A stretch of DNA of 64,000 nt, taken from IMG/VR virus record IMGVR_UViG_3300007734_000758, one strand, 5' to 3'. Source of the DNA: a virus. The notes below the pieces were generated by a model. It was not told the origin of the DNA, made no database searches, and was given only the letters and a program-made list of their open reading frames with translations. The position numbers were made by a program, and so were the translations under genes. Each line of letters opens with the position of its first letter. Within the stretch, counting starts at the first letter, position 1. Below, piece after piece: positions 8,762-19,178 of this stretch.

Positions 8762-11700
8762 TTAAGTCGTCCTGTAGTTTGATCAATTAATTTTGCATTG
8801 CTAGGTTTATTGGTATAATTGTTATTTAACCAACCTACCGGATCGATATTATTTCCGGAATTTCCATCATACCATATTTCATAATGTAAATGCGGTCCGG
8901 TACCCGCCGTACCTGTAGTTCCTATAACTTGCCCACGCGTAACATATGTGTCATTTGCAACCGCAGCACTCCTACCATGACCAAAGATATGCCAATTACG
9001 GTTTTTATCTACCAACACCATATACTGTTTATTTCCTAAATTTCCATCTCCCGAATTATTACCTAAACTACCATTACCGGCTCGAATAAATACAACACCA
9101 TCTGCAGGTGCTACTATCTCAGAACCTATACCCACTCCCACATCTATGCCTTCATGAGCTCTAGTAATACCATTAATAGATCTGTTAGCCTGAGGTAGGC
9201 TTGAAATTTTACCTTGAACTGTATTGTTTAATGGTATCCATGATGGATAACCAGGAGTCCATCCCGATATCGACTGTCGTGTCTGTGATGCTGCGGATGC
9301 TGGAGTGGCGTCTTTAATTACGTCCCCGTATAAAGACCCCCCATTCGGATTAAGGTCACATACCGTTTTTAAATTTGTAGTCCATTTATTATTAGCATCA
9401 ACAGTATGTGTAACATTCAAAACTCTAAATACAGTATTTTTATACCCGGATAACTGCGGTATAATTGATAAATTTATCAAATCGCCGAACTCAAATCCAT
9501 TAATACCGTCAACCGTCAAATCAATATTTAACGGGTACGGGATAACTCCATCTTTACGGACGACTTCTTTAGGTACCGTATTTATGAACTCACGAACTGC
9601 AGATTTGAGGGGATCTACTCCCGTTTCATTTGCTTCAGAATCAGCAAAAACAAATACACGTTTATAAAATAAATCCTCGATAGCTATTTGGTGTTTCGTG
9701 TATTCATCCAGATTTTTATTTTCTGACAATTCGCTAGCTGTAGAACCTTCAATACTCGCTTCAGCATATGCATTCATTGCGATCGCATCTTTAGGTATCG
9801 TCATTGAAACGTTAGTATTAATCGTTACGCCGTCGGTAGTTATATTTTCAAACACGATCGGTTTTAATGGGTCGTTGGGAGGTATGGTGTTGAATTTTTT
9901 ATTCACTAAAATTATACGAACACCAGACTCATCGTGTTGCGGGATCATATCGATATCGAAAAAACCACCCGACGCGTCGCGTATTAATGAAAATATTTTT
10001 TTCAGGAATGATTCCAATGACAGTTTAACTGCCGGCGTTTCCGTGCTTTCGATACGTTCGGATGTAGGTTTTGTTTCTTCTGTTTCACGAACCGATTCGA
10101 ATATACGAATTATTTCATCTACATTGATTAATATCTTTGTAAGATCCACTGAATTGGTCACAGCCTCATTACCGGTCAATCGTGTAAAAACTAACTGATC
10201 GCCGCCGCGTTTTGCATCTACCGAAAAATCATAACCAATAACACCTGCCGTGGATGAATCACCGCCCGTTGCATTTTGTATCAGCCAATAACGCGTAGCT
10301 TTTGTTTGATCGGCATACGTCACATCAAACCCAGCAGCGTCAGTAACTACCCATTTACCATTTTTATAAATCACGGTCGTCTGTGGAAGCGATAGCCCGG
10401 GGGTATTTATGTCGACTGCTACTACTTCGCCGGTCGTACTATTAACGGCTTCGATCGGTATGGTAACAGTTGAGTTTGCTGGTATTTCTACATTACTACC
10501 AGCTAACGTACTAACTGCTTCGGCGATTGCATTTGCAGTACCGTAATCTCCTACTTTTTTTATGTAGGGGGGTTTCGAACTACCACCATCCCAATTCGTC
10601 CATACAACCCTCATAGGATCGCCAGAACACAAATATTCGTAATTAGGTGCGCGCAAAAACTCATTAGTACATACAAATTCAAACCCAACCTCATTAGTCC
10701 CACTAGGCAACGTACGTGTTTCTGGCGTAGCAATGTTAGTCGTGGTTGTCGTGTTAGCATCATCGAACTGTTTAAGTAAACGTTCTTTATTTGCAGGTAC
10801 GATTATTTTATTGATTAGAATATTTACTAAGTAACCCAAAGTAATATATATACCCGTATATTCGGCATTCGTAAATTTCTCTGCAAGCCAACCCAGTCGT
10901 CTAGAAGCTAGAATTCCTTTTTGAGGTAAATTCGGATAAACTACCATTGCATGACATGCAGTATCGGGCAACTTTTCACCTAAATAAGGCAACTTATTTC
11001 TAGGATCAAAAACTAGTTTTGTCTTTGTTGCGAGCCTTCCTTTAAGTCCAGAAGCTGCCGGTTCTTCCGGATTATTACCAACAAATAGATTATAGTATAT
11101 CACGTCGATTATGCTTGAAATATTCCGTTTAACGGAATTTCCTTGCCGATTCACAATAGAAAGGCCATTCAATCCAGGAACCTTTAAATTATTCACAGTT
11201 GTGTACATGTCGAAACCTCTCCCGACTGTATTCGCTGATCCCATGGCAAAGAATTTACATTCTATTATGAAAGAAGCACCACCCTTTACATTAAATTCGT
11301 ATTTATATATTACTAGATTATTACATACTAATTTTTTAAAGTCTTGTGCGGTAGTCGAATCTTCTTTGAATTTCATATCCCAAGTAGACTTATACGGATA
11401 TGATATTTCAATATCAACTAAATTATTCGGTCGTAGAAAAATACTTTCTAACCTATTAAAATCATTTAAGCTGTAAACGTTAAATGTTACTTCTGCTGTT
11501 AATAACATTCCAAATTGACCTGCCACAGATACCTGAACGTCAGTGATGCCTGGTAACGGTCTTGGTGCGCCTACTTCCGGATTCATATTATATATCGACC
11601 CAAAATCGCAGGCATCGGTATCGGTGTTTACTGGAAAGGTATATTGATCGACTACAATTTGTGTAGTACTCGGCAACGTTTTGTCTAGATAGGCAGCACT

Positions 11701-12057
11701 TATAAATGGTTGAGTTGTATCTGGAACCTCTCGATTTGTAAAACTTGTAACGTTACCATCACGATTTACATTCACTTCATGCCAAGCACCCGTATTACTA
11801 CCTACAGGTATTATGTATACATACTCTTTACCATCGCGACCTGTTCTAGCATTATTCGGAATAGACCCGGCCGTAGTAGAAGCACGCAGACTAGATTGAA
11901 TACGTTTACCCGTGACCTTTACTTTTGCAGGAAATACTTGGCGCTGTTCCGGTCCTACATTACACGGATCATCCGGATTACCATATACCAGTTTAGGTTT
12001 CTGCTCGTCACGTAACTGCTCATATATCCTAGAAGTACCTTTAAATTTGAAACCCAT
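8758..12057 (-). CDS. Baseplate hub-like protein with C-terminal M23 peptidoglycan peptidase
   Basis: PLPGIT..., LTVDGINGFEFGD..., FRVLNVTHTV...WTT hub-like segments; M23 motifs HEGID, APADG, TGPHLHYE. Confidence 0.75.
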   Translation of the reverse strand: MGFKFKGTSRIYEQLRDEQKPKLVYGNPDDPCNVGPEQRQVFPAKVKVTGKRIQSSLRASTTAGSIPNNARTGRDGKEYVYIIPVGSNTGAWHEVNVNRDGNVTSFTNREVPDTTQPFISAAYLDKTLPSTTQIVVDQYTFPVNTDTDACDFGSIYNMNPEVGAPRPLPGITDVQVSVAGQFGMLLTAEVTFNVYSLNDFNRLESIFLRPNNLVDIEISYPYKSTWDMKFKEDSTTAQDFKKLVCNNLVIYKYEFNVKGGASFIIECKFFAMGSANTVGRGFDMYTTVNNLKVPGLNGLSIVNRQGNSVKRNISSIIDVIYYNLFVGNNPEEPAASGLKGRLATKTKLVFDPRNKLPYLGEKLPDTACHAMVVYPNLPQKGILASRRLGWLAEKFTNAEYTGIYITLGYLVNILINKIIVPANKERLLKQFDDANTTTTTNIATPETRTLPSGTNEVGFEFVCTNEFLRAPNYEYLCSGDPMRVVWTNWDGGSSKPPYIKKVGDYGTANAIAEAVSTLAGSNVEIPANSTVTIPIEAVNSTTGEVVAVDINTPGLSLPQTTVIYKNGKWVVTDAAGFDVTYADQTKATRYWLIQNATGGDSSTAGVIGYDFSVDAKRGGDQLVFTRLTGNEAVTNSVDLTKILINVDEIIRIFESVRETEETKPTSERIESTETPAVKLSLESFLKKIFSLIRDASGGFFDIDMIPQHDESGVRIILVNKKFNTIPPNDPLKPIVFENITTDGVTINTNVSMTIPKDAIAMNAYAEASIEGSTASELSENKNLDEYTKHQIAIEDLFYKRVFVFADSEANETGVDPLKSAVREFINTVPKEVVRKDGVIPYPLNIDLTVDGINGFEFGDLINLSIIPQLSGYKNTVFRVLNVTHTVDANNKWTTNLKTVCDLNPNGGSLYGDVIKDATPASAASQTRQSISGWTPGYPSWIPLNNTVQGKISSLPQANRSINGITRAHEGIDVGVGIGSEIVAPADGVVFIRAGNGSLGNNSGDGNLGNKQYMVLVDKNRNWHIFGHGRSAAVANDTYVTRGQVIGTTGTAGTGPHLHYEIWYDGNSGNNIDPVGWLNNNYTNKPSNAKLIDQTTGRLK

Positions 12058-12058
12058 A

Positions 12059-12370
12059 TTATCTATTGTTTTGTTTGTTTTGCAGTGAACTGTTTATATC
12101 GGTATCATCTAACGGCAACGGTATACGTATTCTGGTTCCTGGTGTTATGTACATTGAACCTTTAGATACCCCCGGATTCACGTCAGCGATTATCCACCAC
12201 TTAGTAACATCATTGTAATACCGTTGCGCTAATAGATCTAAACGGTCACCTGCAGTAACGTATATATAAACATCACTAGATTTAGCTTCGTAATATGGAT
12301 ATAGTGTGCTAGAATAATATCGTTTGTTTGTATCCGAAAATCGTACAGGTGAATATGCGTATCTATTCAT
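12059..12370 (-). CDS. LysM-like baseplate protein
   Basis: GDRLDLLAQRYYND..WWIIADVN...PGTRIRIP. Confidence 0.8.
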   Translation of the reverse strand: MNRYAYSPVRFSDTNKRYYSSTLYPYYEAKSSDVYIYVTAGDRLDLLAQRYYNDVTKWWIIADVNPGVSKGSMYITPGTRIRIPLPLDDTDINSSLQNKQNNR

Positions 12371-12383
12371 ATACTATAAATAT
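12371..12383 (-). promoter_or_regulatory. Representative copy of the phage-specific ATATTTAT(A/T) motif (putative late promoter), about 20 copies in the window
   Basis: ATATTTATAGTAT directly before the ATG; other copies are listed in the findings. Confidence 0.7.
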
Positions 12384-12394
12384 CGTAACATGTA

Positions 12395-14596
12395 TTATTC
12401 TACAGTATTAATACTATAGACCGGTGAATCTGCACATGACAGCCGTTTACCTATATAGGTAAAGTCAACATCGACAGTTATATATTTCGGTGCCTGTTTA
12501 TCCGCTTCTATTTCCCATGGAGTTTCATTATCTATTGAATATGATAACGAATCAATTAACATGACTTCATCAACAAACAAATCACCAATGGTAACCTCAA
12601 CGAAATTACCTAGAGGCGGATTATCTTTCGATAAAATAGGCATCGTTAGGTTAGCTAAATTCTTCAATTTCTTATACACCGGTTCTAATTCATCTCTAGA
12701 CTCAACAGTAACGACAAATGAAATGCTAATCGATCTATCGAACGCATTATACATATATCGATTGAATGCAGAGTTTTGTAATTTTTCTGCTTCCCATTGC
12801 GGACCGAATCTATCGTTTATGCTACTTAAATATGCACGAAAATAGACCGGAGCACCACCGGGATATTTTGCGAATCGAAACTTGATAATTCCATTATCAT
12901 CATCAAATCCATTCTTGTTATCATCAGTGCCCAGATCTGTCGTATTACCGCGAATATTTTTTGATAATTCTTCGGTTTCTAACTTACCAACGTATTTTCT
13001 TTTTAGTGCTGCTTTGCTTTGATCATCTAAATACGCAATAAAATTATTTTTCTTTGTAGACACGCTCGCTGCTTTGCGTACTTGGCCATATGATAATGTA
13101 GAATATTTTTGAACTAACCCATTTTCGCCTGTATTAGGATTGTTCTTGAATCCAGGATATGTGCTATCTACGTTATTATTAGCGATTCGAGTGTTTCCGG
13201 GTGAATAATCAGTTATTTTTAAGCTAGAATCTAGGCGCTTTGCTAATCGATTGTTACCTGTATAGTCAATAGAATTTTTATCGGTTACTACCGCTGAATT
13301 AGGTCCCGGGTATGTATTTCGATTCCTGGACAAATTATTGTCCGGTTTATCTTCTATTATTACTGTGTATGGTGCTTCAATATTATAAATGTTCCCCAAA
13401 TCTTTACCATCAAAACTTACCTTACTATTAGTAAACCGGCGTATTTCAGTCAAACCAACACCCAGGAATGATTTCGGGCCAGTAGCACCAGATAATGTTT
13501 TAAATGAAGCACCTATAGATAATGGATTTACGATTGTAGTAGATACGGATTCGCCAATGGTAGGTATCACCTTCGCACCCCCAGGTTCAAATACCGAATC
13601 AATTGTTATTGTGGTTTTTTTAAGAATTTCATCACGCAATTTAACGAGACGGTTAAAATTAGTTGCAAGTCCACCATTACCGCGTGTTTTGATAACTTCT
13701 TCATACGTCCCGTCAGATCCTTTACCTAAAATCCCATGTCTAGGCAAACGAATACCCAAGCCAGAAGCTGCTGTGTTCGCTAACAGATTTATTGGTAAAA
13801 ACGTTTTTGTATTTGATGGATAATTTGCAAACGGCGTTCTAGCCTCACCTATTGCATTTTCCACATTCGGATTCATCAATTGAAGACCGAACTGTGTAAC
13901 TAAAAAACTAATGCCTTTCGGTGATGCTAGAAATTTACTAATTCTAAGTACATCATTACTTGCACGATCTGAATATGATGCAAACCCGCTTCTAGGAAAA
14001 TCAATGACTGATGTTGAAGTACCACCCCAACGTTGCGGATCAATTGAACCTTCACGTTGAATTCCACGTAATATATACGGTTCTTTTATATAACTTGAAT
14101 TGTATGAATCTTCACGTAAATTAAATCTGTTATATACATCCTCGATTGGAGTATTGCTTAGATAGGTTTCACGTAAGAATCCCCTACGATCCCCGCTAGG
14201 AACTGCAAGATCTTCATATCTATTTGTTTCGTAAAATCCGGTATGGGGTTCTGGTTTCCATTGATATATTTCACCCTTATAACTCTTTGGGAACGGATAA
14301 CCCTCACCGCCCTGAGCAGATCGCTTAGCGATACCCATATCGAACATTGAGTTCTTAGTAGGAAAATCATCCTTTGCAGTGATATACTTTATAAAGTAAG
14401 GTCTTCCATTAACACCAATTCCTTCTACTCTAACTACCGGAGGTTTAACCGCTAAACCAGGAGTCATCGGAGCACCCTTTCCTGCTTTAGGCGGAATAAA
14501 TCTACTCTCACTATCATTTGGGATAGGAGTATCTGGCGTAAAATTTGGCTTTGGGCCGCGCCATACTAAGTCCGATTGTAGTTTTACTAATGGCAT
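12395..14596 (-). CDS. Baseplate / tail-tube initiator-like structural protein
   Basis: Between tape measure and LysM genes; C-terminal FRAYLSSIND...RSISISF...VTIGDL...PWEI tube-fold-like segment. Confidence 0.6.
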   Translation of the reverse strand: MPLVKLQSDLVWRGPKPNFTPDTPIPNDSESRFIPPKAGKGAPMTPGLAVKPPVVRVEGIGVNGRPYFIKYITAKDDFPTKNSMFDMGIAKRSAQGGEGYPFPKSYKGEIYQWKPEPHTGFYETNRYEDLAVPSGDRRGFLRETYLSNTPIEDVYNRFNLREDSYNSSYIKEPYILRGIQREGSIDPQRWGGTSTSVIDFPRSGFASYSDRASNDVLRISKFLASPKGISFLVTQFGLQLMNPNVENAIGEARTPFANYPSNTKTFLPINLLANTAASGLGIRLPRHGILGKGSDGTYEEVIKTRGNGGLATNFNRLVKLRDEILKKTTITIDSVFEPGGAKVIPTIGESVSTTIVNPLSIGASFKTLSGATGPKSFLGVGLTEIRRFTNSKVSFDGKDLGNIYNIEAPYTVIIEDKPDNNLSRNRNTYPGPNSAVVTDKNSIDYTGNNRLAKRLDSSLKITDYSPGNTRIANNNVDSTYPGFKNNPNTGENGLVQKYSTLSYGQVRKAASVSTKKNNFIAYLDDQSKAALKRKYVGKLETEELSKNIRGNTTDLGTDDNKNGFDDDNGIIKFRFAKYPGGAPVYFRAYLSSINDRFGPQWEAEKLQNSAFNRYMYNAFDRSISISFVVTVESRDELEPVYKKLKNLANLTMPILSKDNPPLGNFVEVTIGDLFVDEVMLIDSLSYSIDNETPWEIEADKQAPKYITVDVDFTYIGKRLSCADSPVYSINTVE

Positions 14597-16713
14597 TATG
14601 CGAATGAATTATTTACCTTTACCTGTTCTCCAATTGCTCCAACTGCTCCCCTACCTATAACTATCTGCGTACTGCGAACTGCATTTGCAAATGCGTCTGC
14701 CATACGATTATAATCTATTTCAGGAGCAGAACCGCCTCTACCACCTAAATTAGTACCAGCAACAATGGTATCTCTATCATTGAGTGCATATGCTCCTTCC
14801 GGGCCACTTAATACTCTACTGTATCCTGCAGGACCGGATAACGGCGACATGACCATATCATCCTGTTTACTTATCAATCTTTCCAATCCACCAGCGACTG
14901 CAGCTGCTGCAGCAATGCCTAACGCTGCTTTTACCGGATTAGTTGCTGCTCGTGCGACAGCGAGACCAATCGCTTGACGTTTTGCATATAACATTCGAGC
15001 ACCAACAATCGCTAATATCGGCAATAAATATTTCATACCGCTTACAATCAAACTAACTGTCTGCGCAATAAACGAGAAGATAGGGGCAATTGCACTAACA
15101 ATCGATAAAATCGGAGGCATTAATTCAGATTTTATTTTATCTAAACTAGTAGTTAATTGTTCCGTTGCCTGTACACTTTTAGCTCGGTTTGCAACCTCTT
15201 CTGAAGTCAGGTTATTTATATTCCCTAAATCACTTCCATATTTTGATACTAATGCAGCCTCCTCAGCTGTCATGTTCATTGTCTTTTCCTGCAATACCAT
15301 TGAACGCTGCAATTCATCTACAGTTAAGCCAGTAGCAGTTGCAATTGCATTACGTTGTAACGCGTTCATTTGTTCGAATTCGGCAATCGAACCTACCTGA
15401 TTCAATACCTCTTTAGTTGCACCTGCAATATCACCCTCAATCGCCAATCTTCTTGCGGCATCGAAATTTAACTGCCTACCAATCATTGCAGATGCTTCAA
15501 ACTGTGCGGTTAATGATTTTTCAATATCAAGTAAACCTTCTGCGACAGTCGATGCTTTTTCTAATGAGAGGCCTATTTTTGCCATCTCAACCGCAGCTTT
15601 GGCTAATGCTTTAGGATTTCCTGCAAAGTATTTAGATGCAACGCCTGCATTCTTTGCAATATCTTCCATTACCTTAGCAGGCTGTACACCGGCAGCTTCT
15701 GCCAAAGCCATCGTAGCAGTCGATATGTCTGATGCTACTTGTGGCGATACATTTCCTATCTGTTCAAATGATCTTTGTACCTGAGCAACAGTATCTACAC
15801 TAACACCAAACGCATCTGCCATACCAGCTACATTTTGTACAGTTTCTGCTGATATTAGGTTTAAATTACCAAACTCTTTAACCAATGCTACGTTTGCATC
15901 TAGTATTTCTTTCTGTGTAGATAATCTATTTTCCGAAGATGCCTGTAACTCATAACTCTGTTTTACTAATTCTGCTGATTGGTCGACAGTAAGTCCAGTA
16001 GCAGTTGCGGTTTCTTCTGCGGATTGTCTGAATTTATCTAATACAATGAACGCACCGGCAATCAATCCAACCGTCGCTGCCATGGCTAATTGTGCACCGC
16101 TAACATACGTACCAAATTTTTTCATACCGGCACTGAGTGCTTGCATCGGACTTTCGCCCCGTTTCAATGATTCACCTATAGCACCGATCGAATCAGATAT
16201 TCCTTTTGATACTTTAGAACCTAAATTATCTAAACCCAAAGCTTTTTGTAAAAAACCGCCGGCCGGTAATGACTTAAAAACCTTATCTAATGTGGTTTGT
16301 AGTTTTTCTGACTGATCTACCGCCATATTTAACGCTTGACCAAAAAATGGCATCTTTTTATTAATCTGAGCAATATTTCTTAATTGTTTTCGTTGCGCTT
16401 CGATTATTCTCAATTGTACTTCATAAGCCTCGCGAGTAATTTTACCAATAGTAACTGATGTATCAAGTTCTTCTTCTTTCGATTTTAATATCTTTGCTGC
16501 ATTAGTAAAATTCTTTTTATTAAATGAAACAAGCGATTTAACCGTATCAGTGAGTTTACCGGTTAAATCTAGATATTCTTCTTGTAATTCGTTTAATTCT
16601 TGCTGTGCCCGTAAAACGTCATTTACATACTCTTCATATTGAGCGGGTGTAATAGTACCCCGTTCTTTTTGCTGAAATAGCTTATCAATTTCACTAATTC
16701 TTTTTTTTGCCAT
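14596..16713 (-). CDS. Tail tape measure protein
   Basis: 705 aa, Ala-rich helical, hydrophobic segments, downstream of tube and tail chaperone. Confidence 0.8.
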   Translation of the reverse strand: MAKKRISEIDKLFQQKERGTITPAQYEEYVNDVLRAQQELNELQEEYLDLTGKLTDTVKSLVSFNKKNFTNAAKILKSKEEELDTSVTIGKITREAYEVQLRIIEAQRKQLRNIAQINKKMPFFGQALNMAVDQSEKLQTTLDKVFKSLPAGGFLQKALGLDNLGSKVSKGISDSIGAIGESLKRGESPMQALSAGMKKFGTYVSGAQLAMAATVGLIAGAFIVLDKFRQSAEETATATGLTVDQSAELVKQSYELQASSENRLSTQKEILDANVALVKEFGNLNLISAETVQNVAGMADAFGVSVDTVAQVQRSFEQIGNVSPQVASDISTATMALAEAAGVQPAKVMEDIAKNAGVASKYFAGNPKALAKAAVEMAKIGLSLEKASTVAEGLLDIEKSLTAQFEASAMIGRQLNFDAARRLAIEGDIAGATKEVLNQVGSIAEFEQMNALQRNAIATATGLTVDELQRSMVLQEKTMNMTAEEAALVSKYGSDLGNINNLTSEEVANRAKSVQATEQLTTSLDKIKSELMPPILSIVSAIAPIFSFIAQTVSLIVSGMKYLLPILAIVGARMLYAKRQAIGLAVARAATNPVKAALGIAAAAAVAGGLERLISKQDDMVMSPLSGPAGYSRVLSGPEGAYALNDRDTIVAGTNLGGRGGSAPEIDYNRMADAFANAVRSTQIVIGRGAVGAIGEQVKVNNSFA

Positions 16714-16973
16714 TACTTTATATGACCTTTATCTCTATACAACTTAACTAAATCGTTTTCTGGATCTATTTTAGCCAAATGCTTAATAAGCGAAATCATA
16801 CGTTTGTTATAGTTTGCATAATCTATGAATGCCGCTTTTAATTCAGGATCATCTTCCATTTGATGAATTGCTTTTTTTAAGGTACGTTGTACTTTAGGCG
16901 CCAAGAAAGTACGCAATAAGATTGCAGCCACATTTTCTTGTATACGTATACGATAGTTTCTTTCAGCACTCAT
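16713..16973 (-). CDS. Hypothetical protein (86 aa)
   Basis: Own ATATTTATA motif and AGGA upstream; TAATG-coupled to tape measure. Confidence 0.65.
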   Translation of the reverse strand: MSAERNYRIRIQENVAAILLRTFLAPKVQRTLKKAIHQMEDDPELKAAFIDYANYNKRMISLIKHLAKIDPENDLVKLYRDKGHIK

Positions 16974-17005
16974 ATTATTCCTGATTATATACTATAAATA
17001 TGTAA

Positions 17006-17221
17006 CTATTTCTTTTTAGGCGTACGCATCTGTGCCTTACGGACTGCCTTTTTCTCAGCATCACGTTGATCTTTTAGAACCTTTTCGATTCTAGAGATAT
17101 AGAAATTCCTAATAAATACTGGTAAATTGTATACATCCGCCCAATTGAATCCACCCTTACCGAAATAAATCAGATCGAATATTGATTCATGTATACGAAT
17201 TCTATCTTTAGGTTGTAGGCC
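17006..17221 (-). CDS. Frameshift extension (GT-like) of the tail assembly chaperone
   Basis: +1 frame open across the T7 run; IFDLIYFGKGGFNWADVYNLP..IR resembles chaperone T-domain motifs; no credible own start. Confidence 0.65.
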   Translation of the reverse strand, partial: GLQPKDRIRIHESIFDLIYFGKGGFNWADVYNLPVFIRNFYISRIEKVLKDQRDAEKKAVRKAQMRTPKKK

Positions 17222-18068
17222 AAAAAAAGTCCACTCCAATTGGAAGGGTAGCACGAAAGGGATCGCCGGTTTCCTCATCCGTAAACTCCAATTCAAGATT
17301 TACATCGGGAGTCATCATTTTTATGTATGCACGGAGAGCTCTTGAATCTGCTGCTAATAATTCTTTACTAACAAAATTCCTAATAATAGCCTTATCTTTA
17401 TTTCCATCAACTGAAACTATAGAATGGATCAACCTGGTAGAAAGCAATGTATCAGTGCCACCAGATATCTTTTTAGTACGTTTTACCTCTTCCTCAATCT
17501 CAGCCTGTTCTCGGTGTGAAAGGAGCTTATATGTAACTGTACGTTTAGACACGGGAAGTGTAAATTCAAATTCATTTACATTTTTAGGTAATGTATCAAA
17601 ATCAACCTCAATATTTTCTATACGCGTCAAATCAACGGTTTCTTTCTGTTGATTTCCGGAAGGCGTTTCAATCTCAACATCATAATCCTTTCCATATCCT
17701 AGAATCCTGGCAGTGATCATAATTGCATTCTTATCACATAAGAGTAAGTCTTGATAATTAACTCGTTTACCCTCACCATTTCCTACAATCATACTTTGGA
17801 ATAATTTATCTAAAACTACTCCCTGTTTGATATAGGACTGCGTAGTCAGGATATCTTCCTCTTTTGCGGTCATATATTTCATTTCTACCTTACCGGATGA
17901 GAGTGGATTTTCTGCCGGATAAAACCATCCTTTCGATGGCAATTCTAAAATTTCAGTCGGGAATTGGTATTTACCTGACTCACCTGTAGTTTGCTGTTCG
18001 TACTGTGCAGCAATTTCTTTTGCAATATCTGCATTTGGCTTTTTGTAATCATCTGTAACGATTGGCAT
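17208..18068 (-). CDS. Tail assembly chaperone / baseplate hub assembly protein (T4 gp26/gp51-like)
   Basis: LPSKG..Y, MTAKEEDIL, ARILGYG, FTLPVS..., ends VDFFWP; between tube and tape measure. Confidence 0.75.
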   Translation of the reverse strand: MPIVTDDYKKPNADIAKEIAAQYEQQTTGESGKYQFPTEILELPSKGWFYPAENPLSSGKVEMKYMTAKEEDILTTQSYIKQGVVLDKLFQSMIVGNGEGKRVNYQDLLLCDKNAIMITARILGYGKDYDVEIETPSGNQQKETVDLTRIENIEVDFDTLPKNVNEFEFTLPVSKRTVTYKLLSHREQAEIEEEVKRTKKISGGTDTLLSTRLIHSIVSVDGNKDKAIIRNFVSKELLAADSRALRAYIKMMTPDVNLELEFTDEETGDPFRATLPIGVDFFWPTT

Positions 18069-18104
18069 AGTGTAACTTCCTTTATTATAAATATAGATAA
18101 CATG

Positions 18105-18133
18105 AAAAACTCCCCTATATTATAGGAGAGTTT
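18105..18133 (-). terminator. Rho-independent terminator after the tail tube gene
   Basis: AAACTCTCCTATA / TATAGGGGAGTTTTT hairpin ending in a U-run. Confidence 0.7.
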
Positions 18134-18161
18134 AAATTTATTCTTGGGTACGATTACGCCC

Positions 18162-18650
18162 TTAGAATTGCAATATGCAATAGTCGCAGCCAATGGTTAA
18201 TTCGATATTAACTGCATCTTCAGTCGACCAATCCATATTACCAAAGGTTGCACTCTTAATAAATGCGCCTTTAATAGTCCATTCTTCAACCTTATCACCG
18301 ATAGGACCTAATGAATTGAGTGTCAAATCTTTCTTGTAAAAGTCAGAATAACCATCACGGCCGGTTACTGATTCGTGGTGTAAACGTACCCACTCCATTA
18401 CTGCCTGAGCACCGGAAGGTACAATTGGATCATACAATGTCATTGTAATGTCCTGCCAACGTGACTTGCCCTTCAATTTACGTTCAACGTTAATGTGGTC
18501 AAGAACAATCTCACCTTGGTCAATTGATGGTCTATCAGTTGCTTTAATAATGAATGACGGGATACCATCAACATACATAATAAATCGCATGGCCACTTTC
18601 GGCTCATACGCGGTAAAAAATATTTCGGTAGGGTCTAAAATTTCTGGCAT
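18162..18650 (-). CDS. Tail tube protein (T4 gp19-like)
   Basis: EPK...RF, W.DITMTLYDPI, VMEW, YKKD, VEEW.IKGAF, DYC.L. Confidence 0.88.
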   Translation of the reverse strand: MPEILDPTEIFFTAYEPKVAMRFIMYVDGIPSFIIKATDRPSIDQGEIVLDHINVERKLKGKSRWQDITMTLYDPIVPSGAQAVMEWVRLHHESVTGRDGYSDFYKKDLTLNSLGPIGDKVEEWTIKGAFIKSATFGNMDWSTEDAVNIELTIGCDYCILQF

Positions 18651-18693
18651 AGGTTTGTTTCCTTTATACTAATAAATATCTACAAATTGAATT

Positions 18694-19143
18694 TTATTTA
18701 CTAAAAGTATACCACACAAGTTCACCACGTTCCTCATCCCAATCTGTATTCTCTTTTATTTTATACAACCGTTTCAATCGATTCAACATATTGCCGGGCA
18801 ATTCACGATAATTATCATAATTCACTAATATATCGCCATCCTCAGCCTGTAATAGAAAATCTGCACCACGAAATAACCTTTCTAAATACGTCTTTAATTC
18901 GATAACATTTGTATCTGTTTCTGAACCACGTTGTACAGTTACACCCTCTGTAACCGGAGCAGTTGTTTTCCGTAGCATTTCGGCAACCTGTTCACGTATA
19001 TATGAACGTATTTCATGCATGTGCAATGCCGCCAAATATTTCTTTAATGCTTCCTTAGTTCCTTTAGTTGCACCAACTCGTTTACCGGAGTCCTTTTTAT
19101 ATACGACGTATTTATCACCTTGTTTTTTATATGTATATGGCAT
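18694..19143 (-). CDS. Hypothetical protein, putative internal head protein
   Basis: Contains IRSYIREQV, a variant of the IIREE motif shared with small head-cluster proteins; late motif upstream. Confidence 0.6.
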   Translation of the reverse strand: MPYTYKKQGDKYVVYKKDSGKRVGATKGTKEALKKYLAALHMHEIRSYIREQVAEMLRKTTAPVTEGVTVQRGSETDTNVIELKTYLERLFRGADFLLQAEDGDILVNYDNYRELPGNMLNRLKRLYKIKENTDWDEERGELVWYTFSK

Positions 19144-19178
19144 AGGACGGTTCTGATTTTTATATAATAATAAATATC

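Noticed and set aside
17222-17296. Independent TTG start for the 96-aa ORF
   Set aside because: It lies inside the chaperone gene with no initiation signal; the frameshift explains it better.
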